NCBI GenBank assembly: GCA_017654855.1 | Contig: CM030336.1 | Span: 1,612,001-1,676,000, forward strand | DNA length: 64,000 bases | Source: Podospora anserina | Lineage: Eukaryota | Direction of reading: 5' to 3' | Shown: piece by piece, positions 50,099-62,594 of the stretch | Layout: the number at the start of each line of letters is the position of its first letter | How positions within the stretch are numbered: position 1 is the stretch's first letter | Made by a program: the position numbers and the translations under genes | The notes under the pieces: model-generated | Told to the model about the DNA's origin: nothing | The model's database searches: none | What the model saw: only the letters and a program-made list of their open reading frames with translations

Positions 50099-51263
50099 TG
50101 ACCTTGTTGCGTTTACGTCGCTCAAACACAGGCCCCAACACTGGGCGCCTGGCTTGGCAGAACAGTAAAGCTCCATATCCCGTCCAGTTCCAGGCACAAT
50201 GGAATAGACAATTGTCCAAAGTCGTCAGAAAATCATTCCAAGCATCAAACGCATCAACATACTAAGCATCAAGAAAACCATTTCCGAGTTCAAATCCAAA
50301 TCCGTGTATTTCATCCCTTGTATGTATGTATCCCCTTGTCTATCCCCATGCTTTGCTTTCCATAACCCCCTCAAACCGCCCAACCCCCCCGAATCCCAAC
50401 CCCCTAACCCTCCCCCCCCCAAGAAAAAACGCCATATATGCATCCCATCTACCCTGCTCCAATCCAAGTCCTATGATGATAAAAGAAAAGCGGTAACAGA
50501 AATCTGGAAACGTGAGTAGTGACCTGTGGAAAAAGAAAAAGAAGGTGAGAAAAACCACCTGCGAGGAAAAGTAAGTGAAAGAAATCCCAAACAGGTAGGT
50601 GGTTGGATGAGCAACCCGGTGACAAACGCTGGAGAGAGGAAAACGGATAAAAGACGTGAGAGATCAACATTGTCGAGTGAGTGAAAAAGAAAGCTGTTGC
50701 TGTGACAAAAAGACCTAAAAGGAGTAAATGAAAGACTTGAAGAATAAAAAAAGAAAGCGAGTGACAGGGGTATTAAAATATCCTAGAAAAATGCCCCCCT
50801 TGTTATGTAAATCAACGAGTGAATTGAGTACTTTTGAATGAGTGTTCTGTTGTTCGAGTACCGGCAATACCATTGTGGATGTGGCCAAGTATTTCTTTCG
50901 GGGTCTGCGGAATGGGTTGTTTGCAGTGCCAAATGTTGGCAAGGAGCGTCGTGAGCGAAGCGTCTGGTGAGACAAGAATGTCGCTAGTAAGGTGCCAGGT
51001 ATTAAATGTTGTAAAGCGTTGTTGTCCCCTGATTGAGTTTCGGGCCGAGTGAGTGATTGTGTAAAGGGTAAATGAATGATGTAAAGCCAAGTGAGATGGG
51101 TTGCTGAAAGACCGACGCCGGTGATGGTTGAACCGAAAAGTGAGCGAAAGCAGTAAATGCCGAAAGCTCCCCTCAGAGGGTCAAGACTTGTCTGACCCGA
51201 AAAGCAAAAGACCACCAATGATGAAAGGCAGAAGAAAAGGAACATCCGGGTGTTGTCGATCCT

Positions 51264-51743
51264 TTACTTGCCGGCGTTGCCAACGCTGCCGGCCCCAATC
51301 TGTCCCGTCTGCTGAAGCTTCACCAGGTTGGGTGCAGCAACACCTGGGCAGCCCGACCCCTTGGCACCGTTTAAGCTCTGCAAGACCTGGATCATGGCAG
51401 TGCCGCGCCTCTTCTGAGTCTCGATCGAAGTATCGGAGGCATCGTTGAACTCCCCAAGAGAGATGGGAATTGGCACACTGGGGTCCGGGAAGAAGCCCTG
51501 GCTGAGGCCCTGGGAGAGCTTGCCGAGGAAGTCTGGGTCGTTGGGAGCAGGTGGGCAGTCGCAGGGGATGAGCTTCTGGTTGGCGCCGACACAGCTTCCG
51601 ACTTGGATGGTGTCCCGGCCATCACCGGCCTTGACACCAAAGTCCTGAGGAATGACGGCCGGGTTGACGCCGCCTTGGCGAGGGACGTGGACCAGGGCAG
51701 AGGCCGAGGCGGCGAGGAGGGAGAGAACAAAAGTGGCCTGCAT
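51264..51743 (-). CDS. Small secreted cysteine-containing protein (159 aa)
   Basis: Signal peptide MQATFVLSLLAASASA; four Cys in C...IPCDCPP...GCP; C-biased codon usage typical of real genes here. Confidence 0.8.
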   Translation of the reverse strand: MQATFVLSLLAASASALVHVPRQGGVNPAVIPQDFGVKAGDGRDTIQVGSCVGANQKLIPCDCPPAPNDPDFLGKLSQGLSQGFFPDPSVPIPISLGEFNDASDTSIETQKRRGTAMIQVLQSLNGAKGSGCPGVAAPNLVKLQQTGQIGAGSVGNAGK

Positions 51744-53981
51744 TTTGAGAGAGTGAAGTGGTTGTCGTCGAGACTGTTTGTAAATTGGTAGTGGCTGTAA
51801 AAAGGGAATGGCAAGGGTCCGGCCCAAGAATCAGAAGACGATGGTGAATGGAAGGAAAGACTGCGACCCGAAGATCTTGGTGTTGTGAATGAGTGCCGAG
51901 TGCTGGATGGTGATGTGAGAGAGGTTTGGATTTGAGACGGGATGACCTCCGATATATGTAGTGATCCGAAGTCAAGCTCCGAATGTGTGTTGACTGGGTG
52001 TGATGTCCCCCAAGATCAGGATGATGGATGGCCGGCCGTGGGTGACGGTGGCAAACGAAACGGCGCATCGCATCCTGTCCCGGGTTTTCGTCCCTCAAAG
52101 AGGGTGAGTCGATTGGGCCAGACGGCCTCGAAGTGGTGCAAAAGGGCGTATGCAGTGGAATCATTGAGTGCCGGTGCTGGGCGGTTATCGGAAATCCGGG
52201 CGATTTGCAACAGAAGAAGGGAAGAATCTGGAATACCACTCTCTAACGGTTTGCGGTCTCTTGCAGCGGCGTGGAACCGCGGACAGCCAGAAAGTCGGTT
52301 CAATGCAGGCCGCAGCCCGTTGTGGCCGGCCTTGTTCAAGTGCTCGGATTGGCTGCCCTCTGTGCCCGGTGCAGCGGCTGTTGAAGGGGTGGCCAAGCCC
52401 CGGGGCCGTCGCCGCGACACCCAATTCCCGGGTATCCACTCGGTCCCGGCACTGGCTGATGAAACGATTGAAAGAACGCTGCATGAAACATTTGGGAAAG
52501 GTTTGTCCAAGCAAATGCAGAATGGAGAGGTGATTGGTGAAGGAATGAAGCGCGATTCAAGACGCCGGCACTTGCCAGAGGAGATGGGAATGTGTGAGCA
52601 GTGCATTGGGACACCCCAGGCTCAGATTTTGATATCATCATATTTGCCACGGCACACTATGCTCGGCGGGCTCAAATTCTGGTGTCATCATTGCTCGCCG
52701 CACACCTTTCCCTATTTTCGCTTGCCTTTCGAGGCGGCAAGCTCTCAATGTGATGCTTGCCTTTCAAGGCGACAAGTTTGTCGGTCTGCTTCGTAACGTC
52801 CCTACTACTAGACAATGACGGCGGTCAAAACCTATACATTACGGCGCCGCACCCTTGTGGAGGTACCGATTGCACACAGCCTTCTGGAAGGCAAGCCTAA
52901 GGGGTAAAAGATTGGTGTGAGGGAATGAGGCGAGATGGGTGGGATTTATACCTACTAGAAAACTGTGTTCTGCCACCTGCAGCTTGCAGCAGGCAGCCAT
53001 CAGTCGGTAGTAGAGACAACGGCGACGGCCAAAGTCGCTTGGCGACTGACTCTGTTCTGTGACGGTGACGCACTCTTGTGAAGGTACCAGCAGCATCACA
53101 CCCTTGGGCATATGGAAGGAAGAAAGGGAAATTTAGTTCAAGGGCCGAGAGAGCATCAGTGGACTAATATACCTCAGGTCTGCAGCGATTGCCCCACTTT
53201 GAGTTGAAGAGCTTCCATGTTGTTAGGGTGTGGCTTCCTTCTATTGACGGCCATAACAGATAGCGTAGGCGTCTGCCTAGGAGGCTTGGATGGTTAGGTT
53301 CTTCATGTCAAACCTTTTCAGTGCCAGACATACCCAGGTGCCAAATGCCACCATCACAGGTCCTAATCCTATCCATGTCTTTCCCAGGTCGTTTTTCTCC
53401 GCGGTGACGACAAACCAGCCCGGAAATCATGGCACGAGGGGAAGTCCCATCCACAAGCCAAGGACACCAAATGGAAAGCACACAGATCAATTCTCATGAT
53501 CGAAAAAAACTTGAGCCTCATCAGAGGCTTCAGAAAATATCAGCCCATCTTGAGGATTGCAACATTGCCCTCCCGTCCAACAACGACACCTGAGGCAAGA
53601 GGTCAGTTCCTGGAAGGCACACAACACAGCTCTTCCACAAACAACAAGCAGCTAAGCAGGATCAGGACGCTTTAGTCCAGTGTACCTGAACCCAAACGAA
53701 AAATGGCATAAGAAGCAGGCAAAATACTGCACAAATGTTAGGTGTATGCATGTGGATAAAATACAAGAGTGCTTCTATATATGTTGAAACTCTCCCAAGG
53801 CGAGCAACTCCATCCAAACTACTGACATGTCAGGAAAAAGATCCTTTACGCGACGTAATGTTGGCCTGACAGGATAACACGGTGCTCAGGGGCTCACCCT
53901 TCCTGCCCCTTTCTTCTCGGCGGACAGCAGGGAAGCCGACTTGGACTCTATTTTCGCACCCAAACCTCAACAAATCAACAA

Positions 53982-54055
53982 GGTTTCGTGGTGTAGTTGG
54001 TTATCACGTCAGTCTAACACACTGAAGGTCTCCAGTTCGAGCCTGGACGAAATCA
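53982..54055 (+). tRNA. tRNA-Val (AAC)
   Basis: GGTTTCG/CGAAATC acceptor stem, TCAGT-CT-AAC-AC-ACTGA anticodon arm, and GTTCGAG T-loop. Confidence 0.95.
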
Positions 54056-54280
54056 ATAACCTTTCATTTTTTGCTCGTCTCCAGTCTCCACCACGGCGAC
54101 AGGGGATCGATCCCCTTTTTGGGACACGAGACAGAACTCAGAATTCTTTTCTACAGACCTTTGAACATGAAAGGGCCAGTCATTCACTACTTGGGGTATC
54201 AAGAGAAACAGAGCACCAAGGCCGAAATGCATGCATAACTTAAATCTTCATAACTACCGCATAATTCCTATCTCACAATA

Positions 54281-56019
54281 TCATCTTGAACATTGGATCC
54301 CTGTCATCACCGCTACCCGCATGATGATCGTACTTCCCTCTCGCCTTGTCCTTGTTGATCTTGATGCACCAAAAGACGTTTGTGAGAATCCTGTGGCCCC
54401 GTTAGCTTCACTCTCCACACCGACAAAGATCTCCAGCGACTCACGCAAGCCACGCATAAACCAACAGCCCCAAGATGATGCTATGTCCTTTGTGGTACAA
54501 CGGCCCGTCAACGCTCGGATACGCAAAAGTCGCCACAAAGCCTCCACAGTTGGCAACCGCCAGCTGCAGCGCCGAAGTTGTTGCCCTTTTGTAGTGACCA
54601 GCCGAGTTATTCGAGTTCCAGACGAGAATACACGGCACGCTGCTGTACATCCCGACAGCCATGAGACAGGTCATGCCGAACCGGACATTGGGAGACGGGA
54701 CGTTGCCGATGACCGCGTAGCCAACGATGGCGATGAGAAGAGTGAAGAGCATGATGACACCCCGGAGCTTGAGACGGTCCGAGGCAAAAGCTACGGCGAC
54801 CGTGACTGGCGTGGCCACGGCGTAGGGAATCACGGACCACAGCTGACTCTCGTTGGCGTTGGATGTGATTTTGAGGTCGTTGATAATCGTTGGGAGGAAC
54901 AGGCCGAAGCTGTAAAGTCCCGATAGGATGGCAAAGTAGGCAGTGGCTGTGAGCCAGACCTGGAGGTTGAGGATGCCGCGGCGCACTTCGGACCACTTGA
55001 ATTTCTCTTCGCGTTCCAAGACGGGGCTGTTGACATGTCAGCATCACCTCACAGAAGCATTATAACATGCCCAGGTTTACTTGAACCTCTCGTCACCACC
55101 GGCAGCTCCGATCTTCCCTTGCAGCCTCAGCTGCGCAAAGTCCCTCTCCTCTTGTGTCAGGTAGGACGCAGTGGCAACACTCGTCGGCAAGAAAAAGTAC
55201 GCAATCACGCCGGCGACAACCGTCTGCCCATCTCATCAGCAGACAGACTCCATCAAACATCCGCAACAAAACTCACAATGACCCCCTCCATGATGAAGAT
55301 CCACCTCCACCCCTCAAGCCCACCCCTAGGCCCGATCGCGGATAGACCCCTTGCCAGGAGACCTGATTCTCTGTCAGCCGCATCCCTTCCACCTCCTTTC
55401 GACCCGCAGGAAAAAGCAACTCACCCCCAAAAGCGCCCGACAAACTAGCGGCCGTATAAAAAACACCAATCCTCACCGCCATCTCCTGCCGCGTGTACAA
55501 CCCCGACAGATACAGCACCATCCCCGGGAGCAACCCCCCCTCCGCCAACCCCAACACTGCCCTCACGGCGAAAAACGAGCCAAAGCTCCTTACAAACCCC
55601 AGACACATCGTTACAATCCCCCAAACCACCGTCAGAAGCGGCAGCCAAACCCGGGGCGTTATCTTCTTGAGAAGAAGATTAGAAGGCAGCTCAGATGCGA
55701 TGTAAGTGGCGTAAAAGACGGCAAGACCCCGGTTGTACTGCGTGTTGGAGATGGCAAGGTCCTTCTCGAGACCAATGATCTTGGCGTTGCCGACGTTGGT
55801 GCGGTCGAGGAAGGAGCAGAGGAAGAGGAGGGAGAGGATGGGGAGGATGCGGGTGTCCATCTTGAGGAGGACGCGCTTGGTGAGGCGGGCTTCGTCTTCC
55901 GGGGAGAAGGGGGTGGCGACGTCCTCGCGTTTGGCGGTTTCGGGGCCGCCGGTGGAGAGGTGGTCGCTGTCGCTTTTCTCGAGCGCGGCGGTGCCCGCGA
56001 TTGGGCGTGGTGTTGTCAT
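54281..56019 (-). CDS. MFS anion:cation symporter (allantoate/nicotinate permease, Tna1/Dal5-like)
   Basis: Motifs KMDTRILP, FLDRTNVGNA, ELPSNLLLK, LGLAEGGLLPG, SGAFGG, GWRWIF, SFGLFLPTII, NNSAGHYKRA. About four introns (near 55365-55423, 55230-55275, 55030-55080, 54395-54444). Confidence 0.9.
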
Positions 56020-57205
56020 CTTTACCGGGTCGTCTCTGTTGAGTGTACTGTGGCACACAGGCGACACGATGGCCCGTGAGATGTTCTTGGGTGAACTCGA
56101 TCCGAGTAGAGGTCAAGGCTAGAGCAGCTTTGATACCAGGCTCGTGACACAATACGTCCGGGGCATGGGCAGGGTGAGGTGATATGCAACCTGACCTGCC
56201 TTTTCCCATGGGGCTGCCCTCTCCTGACGTTGTTACAGCGCCCCCACACTTTCCTCTCGCGCTGTCTCGCCGAATTGGTGTTATCAATTTTTGATCTGCA
56301 TGTATTCGCCCGAGACCGTACCATTGACCGTGGTACAGCATCCTGGTGTCTCACTCAGCGCCAGTGACCTGATCACTCGATGGCCATTGAGGGCCTACAG
56401 ACTACCCGCGCGCCGATAGCAACGGTGACGCTGAGATTGGCGTGGTGTCGCATAGTTCCCAGATTCATGAGATCATGATGACTCTCAAAGTTTCCGAGTC
56501 TTGATTCGGGATGTCTAGTTTATACATGGACAAGAGATTGTCAATGAGAGACGTTCGAGAAGAACGGTTATTCCCGGCTTGGTATTTTCCAGCGGGTTAC
56601 AGTGGGGCGTCGTCCTCCCCACAGCGCATCGACCGCTAATCGGCGGGGAAGTGCCGGACCGGCCGCTGGATCTGAACCTCACCACAGCTCCTGGGTGTCA
56701 GTCACCAAAGACATCAAAAAAAAAAAGCGACAAGAACAAGATATCTTGGCATCTTCACATGCTTCCATTCCATCTCATCAGTAAGCCACAATGAGATCCA
56801 AGCCGATGCTCGATGCCGAACTCCGACCCCCCATCGACGTTGAGTGAGGAGACGCCCGAAATTTGCTTCCTCCCGGCGCCCAAATCTATCTCCGACCACC
56901 TCGGCCCTTTCCGACCCCCCCATGTTCTGGTGACGTAGAACACCACTTGGCGCAGCCCAAACGGAAGGGACCTGTTGATTGCAAGATCGGATGGCAGATT
57001 TGCATGCCTGCCTGTCGCGCCCGCATCCGCGCCGCGCCGGCCGGGTGGGTTGGACGACGCTGTGTTTTGGTAGTCGACCTTCCCTTTGCCACGGCGTTGA
57101 GACGGCGAATGCTTTAAGACCAAAGGGATTGTTTTGTGTTTATTTGCGGTTGCGGTACCGGTCGTTGAGTCTTGATTGCTTTTGTGCCGGAGGCATTGAA
57201 GCAAG

Positions 57206-58995
57206 ATGAGGAACTTGGCCAGTGTTGTTGGACGGCGCGCCGTTGCGCTTTCTTCGAGGGGATCGTGTGCAAGACAGCTTCAGTCGAGCTTGCGGATCGA
57301 GACGACGACACCAACCTCACAGCAAAATATTACCATCAACTACGCCCAGAGCAGGGTTTTTTCTCACACGCGACCGTGGAGGAGAGAGATTCCGGTTTCT
57401 GAGCCCAAAAGAGGAGGCTCCAAGGTGTGGGCGTCAGCAGATGAAGCCGTAGCCGACATCAAGAGCGGCTCCGTCCTGCTCAGTGCTGGATTTGGCCTTT
57501 GCGGTGTAGCTTGTAAGCCCCCTTGTCCTAACCATCAAGACAAGCCCCTGACTGACTCCGCCCCCCCTTTAGCAACCCTCATCGCCGCCATCCGCCGCCG
57601 CGGCCCCGAATCCCTCCACTCCCTCACCGCAGTCTCCAACAACGCCGGCTCCGAAGGTCGCGGCGGCCTCGCCCTCCTCACCGAAAACGGCCAAATCGAC
57701 CGCATGATCATGTCGTACCTCGGCGCCAACAAAAAGCTCGAAAAGCAATACCTCACGGGCCAGATCGCCGTCGAGCTCTGCCCCCAGGGCACCATCGCCG
57801 AAAGAATCCGCGCCGCCGGCTCGGGCATCCCGGCCTTCTTCACCCCCACCGGAGGCAACACCCTCATTCAATCCGGCTCCCTCCCGACCCGGTACTCCCC
57901 TGACGGAACCGTGGTCGAGTTTTCCGCCCCGCGAGAAACCCGCATCTTCAACGGCAAAGCCTACCTGATGGAAACCGCCCTCCCCGGCGACGTGGCCATC
58001 CTCCGCGCCTGGAAAGTCGACAAGGCCGGCAACTGCGTTTTTCGTCACACGACCAAAACTTTTGCCCCCTTAATGGCAAAGGCTGCCAGGCTTGCCATTG
58101 TGGAAGCGGAAAATATTGTTGAGGTTGGGGAGCTCGACCCGAGCGAGGTTAATCTCCCGGGCATATACATTGACCGGATCGTCCCAGCGACCGAACGTCC
58201 CCAAGTAGAAATTGTCAAGACCCGCTCCCCACAGGAATTCTCCTCGTCGCCTCCAAAAGAGGAAGCACCCGCTCAGGCGAAAAGAAACCGCATCGCCCGC
58301 CGCGCCGCCAAAGAGCTCAAACCAGGCTTCTACGTCAACCTCGGCGTCGGCATCCCCACCCTCGCGCCTTCTTTCCTTCCTCCGGGGCAGGAAGTCTGGA
58401 TTCAGTCGGAGAATGGCATCCTCGGCATGGGGGAATACCCCCTCCCGGAAGAGGTCGATCCTGACATTATCAACGCCGGGAAGGAAACCACCACCCTCGT
58501 CCCCGGCGCCTCGACGTTTGACTCGAGCGAGAGCTTTTCCATGATCAGGGGGGGACACGTGGATGTTTCCATCTTGGGGGCGCTGCAGGTGAGTGCGGGG
58601 GGGGATTTGGCGAACTATATGATACCGGGCAAGGTGTTCAAGGGGATGGGGGGGGCGATGGATTTGGTGAGCAATCCGGAGGGGACAAAGATCGTGGTCG
58701 CGACGGAGCATACGGCCAAGGACGGGACGAGCAAGATTGTGGCGGTTTGCGGGCTGCCGGTTACGGGGAGGGCGGTGGTGAGCACGGTTATCACTGATCT
58801 GGTGAGTTGATTCTCGTCGTACCGGCGATGAAGTGATGCTGACTAAAGAGGGACAAATAGGCGGTTTTCCAGGTCGACAGGAAGAAGGGGACGCTCACGC
58901 TGACGGAGATCGCGCCGGGGGTGGATGTCGAGGAGGTGAGGAGAAAGACCGATGCGGGCTTTGCGGTGGCGGAGGAGTTGATTGTCATGGAGTAG
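57206..58995 (+). CDS. Mitochondrial succinyl-CoA:3-oxoacid CoA-transferase (SCOT/OXCT family, fused alpha-beta)
   Basis: Arg/Ser-rich presequence; motifs GFGLCG, SNNAG, PQGTIAERIRA, NLGVGIP, catalytic QSENG, GMGGAMDLV. Introns at 57513-57572 and 58802-58860. Confidence 0.93.
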
Positions 58996-59107
58996 GTGAG
59001 AGGCGGGAAGCATGATGGCCGGGCGTTGTTTTGTCATTGTCATTCATGAACATGTATATACCATACCGTCTTTTTGCAATAAATACATATCAAACCTCTT
59101 GTCTCTC

Positions 59108-60247
59108 TCACAACTTGGACTCCCTCCCCCTCCCGCTCCCGCTCCCGCTCCCGCTCCCCGTCCCGCCCTGCAGCTCCTCCTCCATCTCCTCCGCCACATT
59201 CCCAACCTCGCTCACCTCCCCATCCAGCCTCGTATCATCCTCCACCCCGTCCTCCTGGTCCTGGTCCTGGTCAACCTCCCGCTCCCAACCGGCAAACCCC
59301 CCACCCCCGATCGCCCTCGCGATTTTGTCAACGCTCTCCAAAATCCACTCACACCCCTCATCCCCCGCCAACCGTTCCATCCCCTCCCTCTCCTCCTCGT
59401 CCTCAAACTCCTCCCTGTGCAACCCCTGCTCCACAGCCTTCCTCAACCCGTAAACATGGCTCAACACCTGCGGCCCAACCCCCCTCTGCGCTCTCAAACA
59501 CGCAATCGCCACAAGACTGGTCAGGCACCGCCCCAACCTCGCCTGTCTCGGCACCCCGCCCTCCACATGCCTCGGTGGATCGGCGAGTAACATGGCGTAG
59601 TGACCCTGGAGGATATACCCCGGCAGATCGGGATGTGCCAGTGCAAGCTTTTGGGTTAGTTTCCCGTGATGGGGTGTGTAGATTGACTTCCAGAGCGCGT
59701 TTCCCCTGCTTATCGTATTGTTGATGTTTGAGGTAGTGACGGTTCGTGATGGGACCGAGGAAAGGGAGCTGGACCAGGGGTTTACCTCCAGGTCTGAGCG
59801 AAAGGCGTTGAGGCAGTTGATTGTGCGGGGGATTCCATTGAAGGAGATGCATTTGAGGCCGACTTCGCGGATCAGTTCGGCGAGGAGGAGGGGGGTGAGG
59901 GGGGGGGTGAGGGAGGGGAGGGTTGGGTGGGGGGTTAGGGAGGAGGAGGTGGAGTGGAGGTGGGAGAGGGAGGAGGGGGAGTTGAGCGTGAAGGTTGTTG
60001 CTGCCTGCGGACAGGGAGGAAGGGTTAGTGAAAAGAAGGGAAACGGGAGGGGAGGGAAACGAACAGCTATGGTTATCCAGGGACGTTCGCCGTATTTGCG
60101 CGATTTGGCTTCGCGGGAGAGGCGCTGGTAGATGTTTCTTATTTGGGGGGGGGCCGGGGTTGTGGCTGGGGAGGCGAAGGGGGCGTTGATTAGTTTTTTG
60201 AGGGAGGGCCTTAGGGAGCTAAGGTCTTTGAGTTTGGTTTCGGCCAT
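59108..60247 (-). CDS. AhpD/carboxymuconolactone-decarboxylase-like fold protein (Pxp2-like) with C-terminal PTS1 (SKL)
   Basis: Motifs REVGLKCISFNGIPRTINCL, RGNALWKSIY, HPDLP, TSLVAIACLRAQ, QVLSHVYGL; ends in ESKL; probable in-frame intron at ~60005-60064. Confidence 0.75.
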   Translation of the reverse strand: MAETKLKDLSSLRPSLKKLINAPFASPATTPAPPQIRNIYQRLSREAKSRKYGERPWITIAVRFPPLPFPFFSLTLPPCPQAATTFTLNSPSSLSHLHSTSSSLTPHPTLPSLTPPLTPLLLAELIREVGLKCISFNGIPRTINCLNAFRSDLEVNPWSSSLSSVPSRTVTTSNINNTISRGNALWKSIYTPHHGKLTQKLALAHPDLPGYILQGHYAMLLADPPRHVEGGVPRQARLGRCLTSLVAIACLRAQRGVGPQVLSHVYGLRKAVEQGLHREEFEDEEEREGMERLAGDEGCEWILESVDKIARAIGGGGFAGWEREVDQDQDQEDGVEDDTRLDGEVSEVGNVAEEMEEELQGGTGSGSGSGSGRGRESKL

Positions 60248-61326
60248 GAGATATCTGAGGGGGTGGGTTTCTAGCGGTGGTGGCGGCGGTGGTGCTTGTT
60301 GCTGCTGCGTTGGTGCTGACTATCGTTGTTCGAGCTTGTTTACAGGTGAAAGAAGCGGCGATGTTTGAGGGACATCACCAATTGGAAAACAGTGGTGGTT
60401 TTGTTTGTCGTTTGGTGGAGCGTCGTCAAGTGGTGGAAGTGGTGGTGGAAGTGGTGGAGTCGATGATGATGCGCGCGCGACGAAAGATCACTGGGGAGGT
60501 TCCCGCAGCTGGAATGGAGCGATGTGATTGGTGCGCAAAAGCTGGGAATTGGAGTTCGTCGCAATGCCCGCTTGTCCGCCAAGGGCTTCTCCAGCAGGGG
60601 GAAACAGCCGCTTCTAGCGGGGATGAGCTCGGGGGTTGTTTTGAGTGCCGATGCGGGCACTCTCTCAACCAGCAAAACTCACTTACTCATCGACCCTCAA
60701 CCACACGAGGCCTGTCACTATCAAGACCGCTTTCCTTTCATGAGCTACAACACGTGTCTTTCACCGTCCCTGTACCTATTTATCATCACCCCTCAATTCT
60801 AGCTGCCGAGGTCAGACATCCCCGCCGCACATTGATCTACCCGCGAGTTGGTGTGGGCCGAGAAAGTTGCAAATTCCCATCCCATCAGCCCATCATCGTC
60901 TTCTTTGCCATGATGGGAGATCTGTTCTTGTGTGACCCGACTATCCCGAGCGGCGGTTGTGTTCCAGATCCATGGGAACGTGGATCTGGAACTGCCCGTC
61001 CTTTATACCAACCAAGATATTGCCAGCATAATTCCATCATATTTCCATCTCAAAGAATAATGGGACCTGCTTGCCTTGGACAAGGTACCCATGGTGTGTA
61101 GTGAGTCTCTGGTCGGCCATATTTTGCGCCTGAAACGCCCGTGGACTCAGGCTGGCTGTAGTGACCCGGGCCCAAACGTCCCTCTCCCCCAAGCTGTGTC
61201 TATTCGGGGTGTTCCGAGTTGTCCTTCTCCTCATGTTTGTCTCTTTTGCAACATGGTGCTCCCAGGCATCCAGTCCTGAGGTCTAGTGATATCTCTTTTG
61301 CCATCTTGCTATCAACCCCAGCGAAA

Positions 61327-62588
61327 ATGAGTGGGCAGAAAGGAACCAAGCAACCCTTCTGGCTCGGGTGAGTTCATAGCTGCTCGTGCACGGAAGACAG
61401 TATTGACAAGCAGGTGCAGCGGAGCCGCTGCCTCCATGGCAGTATGCTTCAGTGAGTGGACACCCCTGATCGCTATGAGAGAAGCATGCAGTTCGTATCG
61501 CTTGTTGAGTGCTGACCCTGGCCCCAGCCCACCCCCTGGATCTCACAAAATAGTATGTTGACGTGAACCCCCGCTCCGATCGCTCGAGAGATATGTGCAA
61601 CATGTTAACACTCAATCCCGTCCAGCCGCATGCAGGTCCTCCATACCCGAGCACCCATGCTCTCGACCCTGTACCGGTTCGCTGTTCGTGATGGTGAGAC
61701 GTCTTGGTGTGGTGTGTTCAGCCAGCTATGCTGAGGCTGATGGCACGTAGGAATACCTTCACTGTGGTCCGGCCTTTCCGCTTCGGTTCTCCGACAATCG
61801 ACATACTCGACAGCCAGGTTCGGTTTGTATACCATCCTGTCCCGCCAGATGCAAAAGCGGTCCGGTGGTGCCAAGCCATCCACCACATCCACCATAGCGT
61901 GTGCCGGTGTGGCCGGCGGGCTCGCTGGCGTGGTGGGGAATCCGACAGAGGTTGTTCTCGTCCGAATGTGTGCCGACGCCGCCAAACCACCGGCAGAGCG
62001 CTTTCTCTACTCGGACGCCGTGACCGCCCTCGTCCGGATCGCGAGAGAGGAAGGCGTCAAAGTGTTTGGGAGGGGGCTGTCTGCCAATATCGTCAGGAGT
62101 GTCCTCATGAGTGAGTTGAGCACCCCAGACAATGCCCGCAAGCTGTTTGCTGACCTCGAACAAGACGTGTCCCAGATCGCACCGTAAGCCATCGCCAAGC
62201 CCCGTAGCAACCTCCCGCGCTGACGATGCGTGACTACCTTAGATATGCGGCCGCTAAAAAAACTATCCTCACCCGCACCCGGCTGAAAGACGACATCGGA
62301 ACACACGCCCTGGCATCTCTCTTCGCCGGAACAGCTGCCACGACAGCGTGCGCACCGGCCGATGTGCTGAAGAGCAGAATCCAAAGCGCTACCAAGGGCT
62401 CAACCGTCCTGCAGGTTGCGCGTGACGGCCTGAGGCAAGAAGGGCCAATGTTCCTCATGAAGGGGTGGACGCCAGCCTGGCTCCGCCTGACACCTCACAC
62501 CGTCCTCACATTCGTCATCATGGAAAAGCTCTCCGAGCTCGTCAGCATGACGGCAGCCACCCCGGTGCCGGCTCGAGCAACCGCTTGA
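61327..62588 (+). CDS. Mitochondrial dicarboxylate carrier (DIC1-like, SLC25)
   Basis: Multi-exon: MSGQKGTKQPFWLG / GAAASMAVCF / HPLDLTK / ...GNPTEVVLVRM...PADVLKSR, KGWTPAWLRLTPHT. Three PX[DE]XX[KR] carrier signatures are present. Confidence 0.85.
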
Positions 62589-62594
62589 CCCGTT

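Noticed and set aside
51942-52796. 284-aa plus-strand ORF and overlapping ORFs
   Set aside because: No domain signal or typical codon bias; probably the promoter region of the small secreted protein gene.
60277-61101. 274-aa ORF between the AhpD-like and carrier genes
   Set aside because: Low-complexity, no motif, and located in a divergent promoter.
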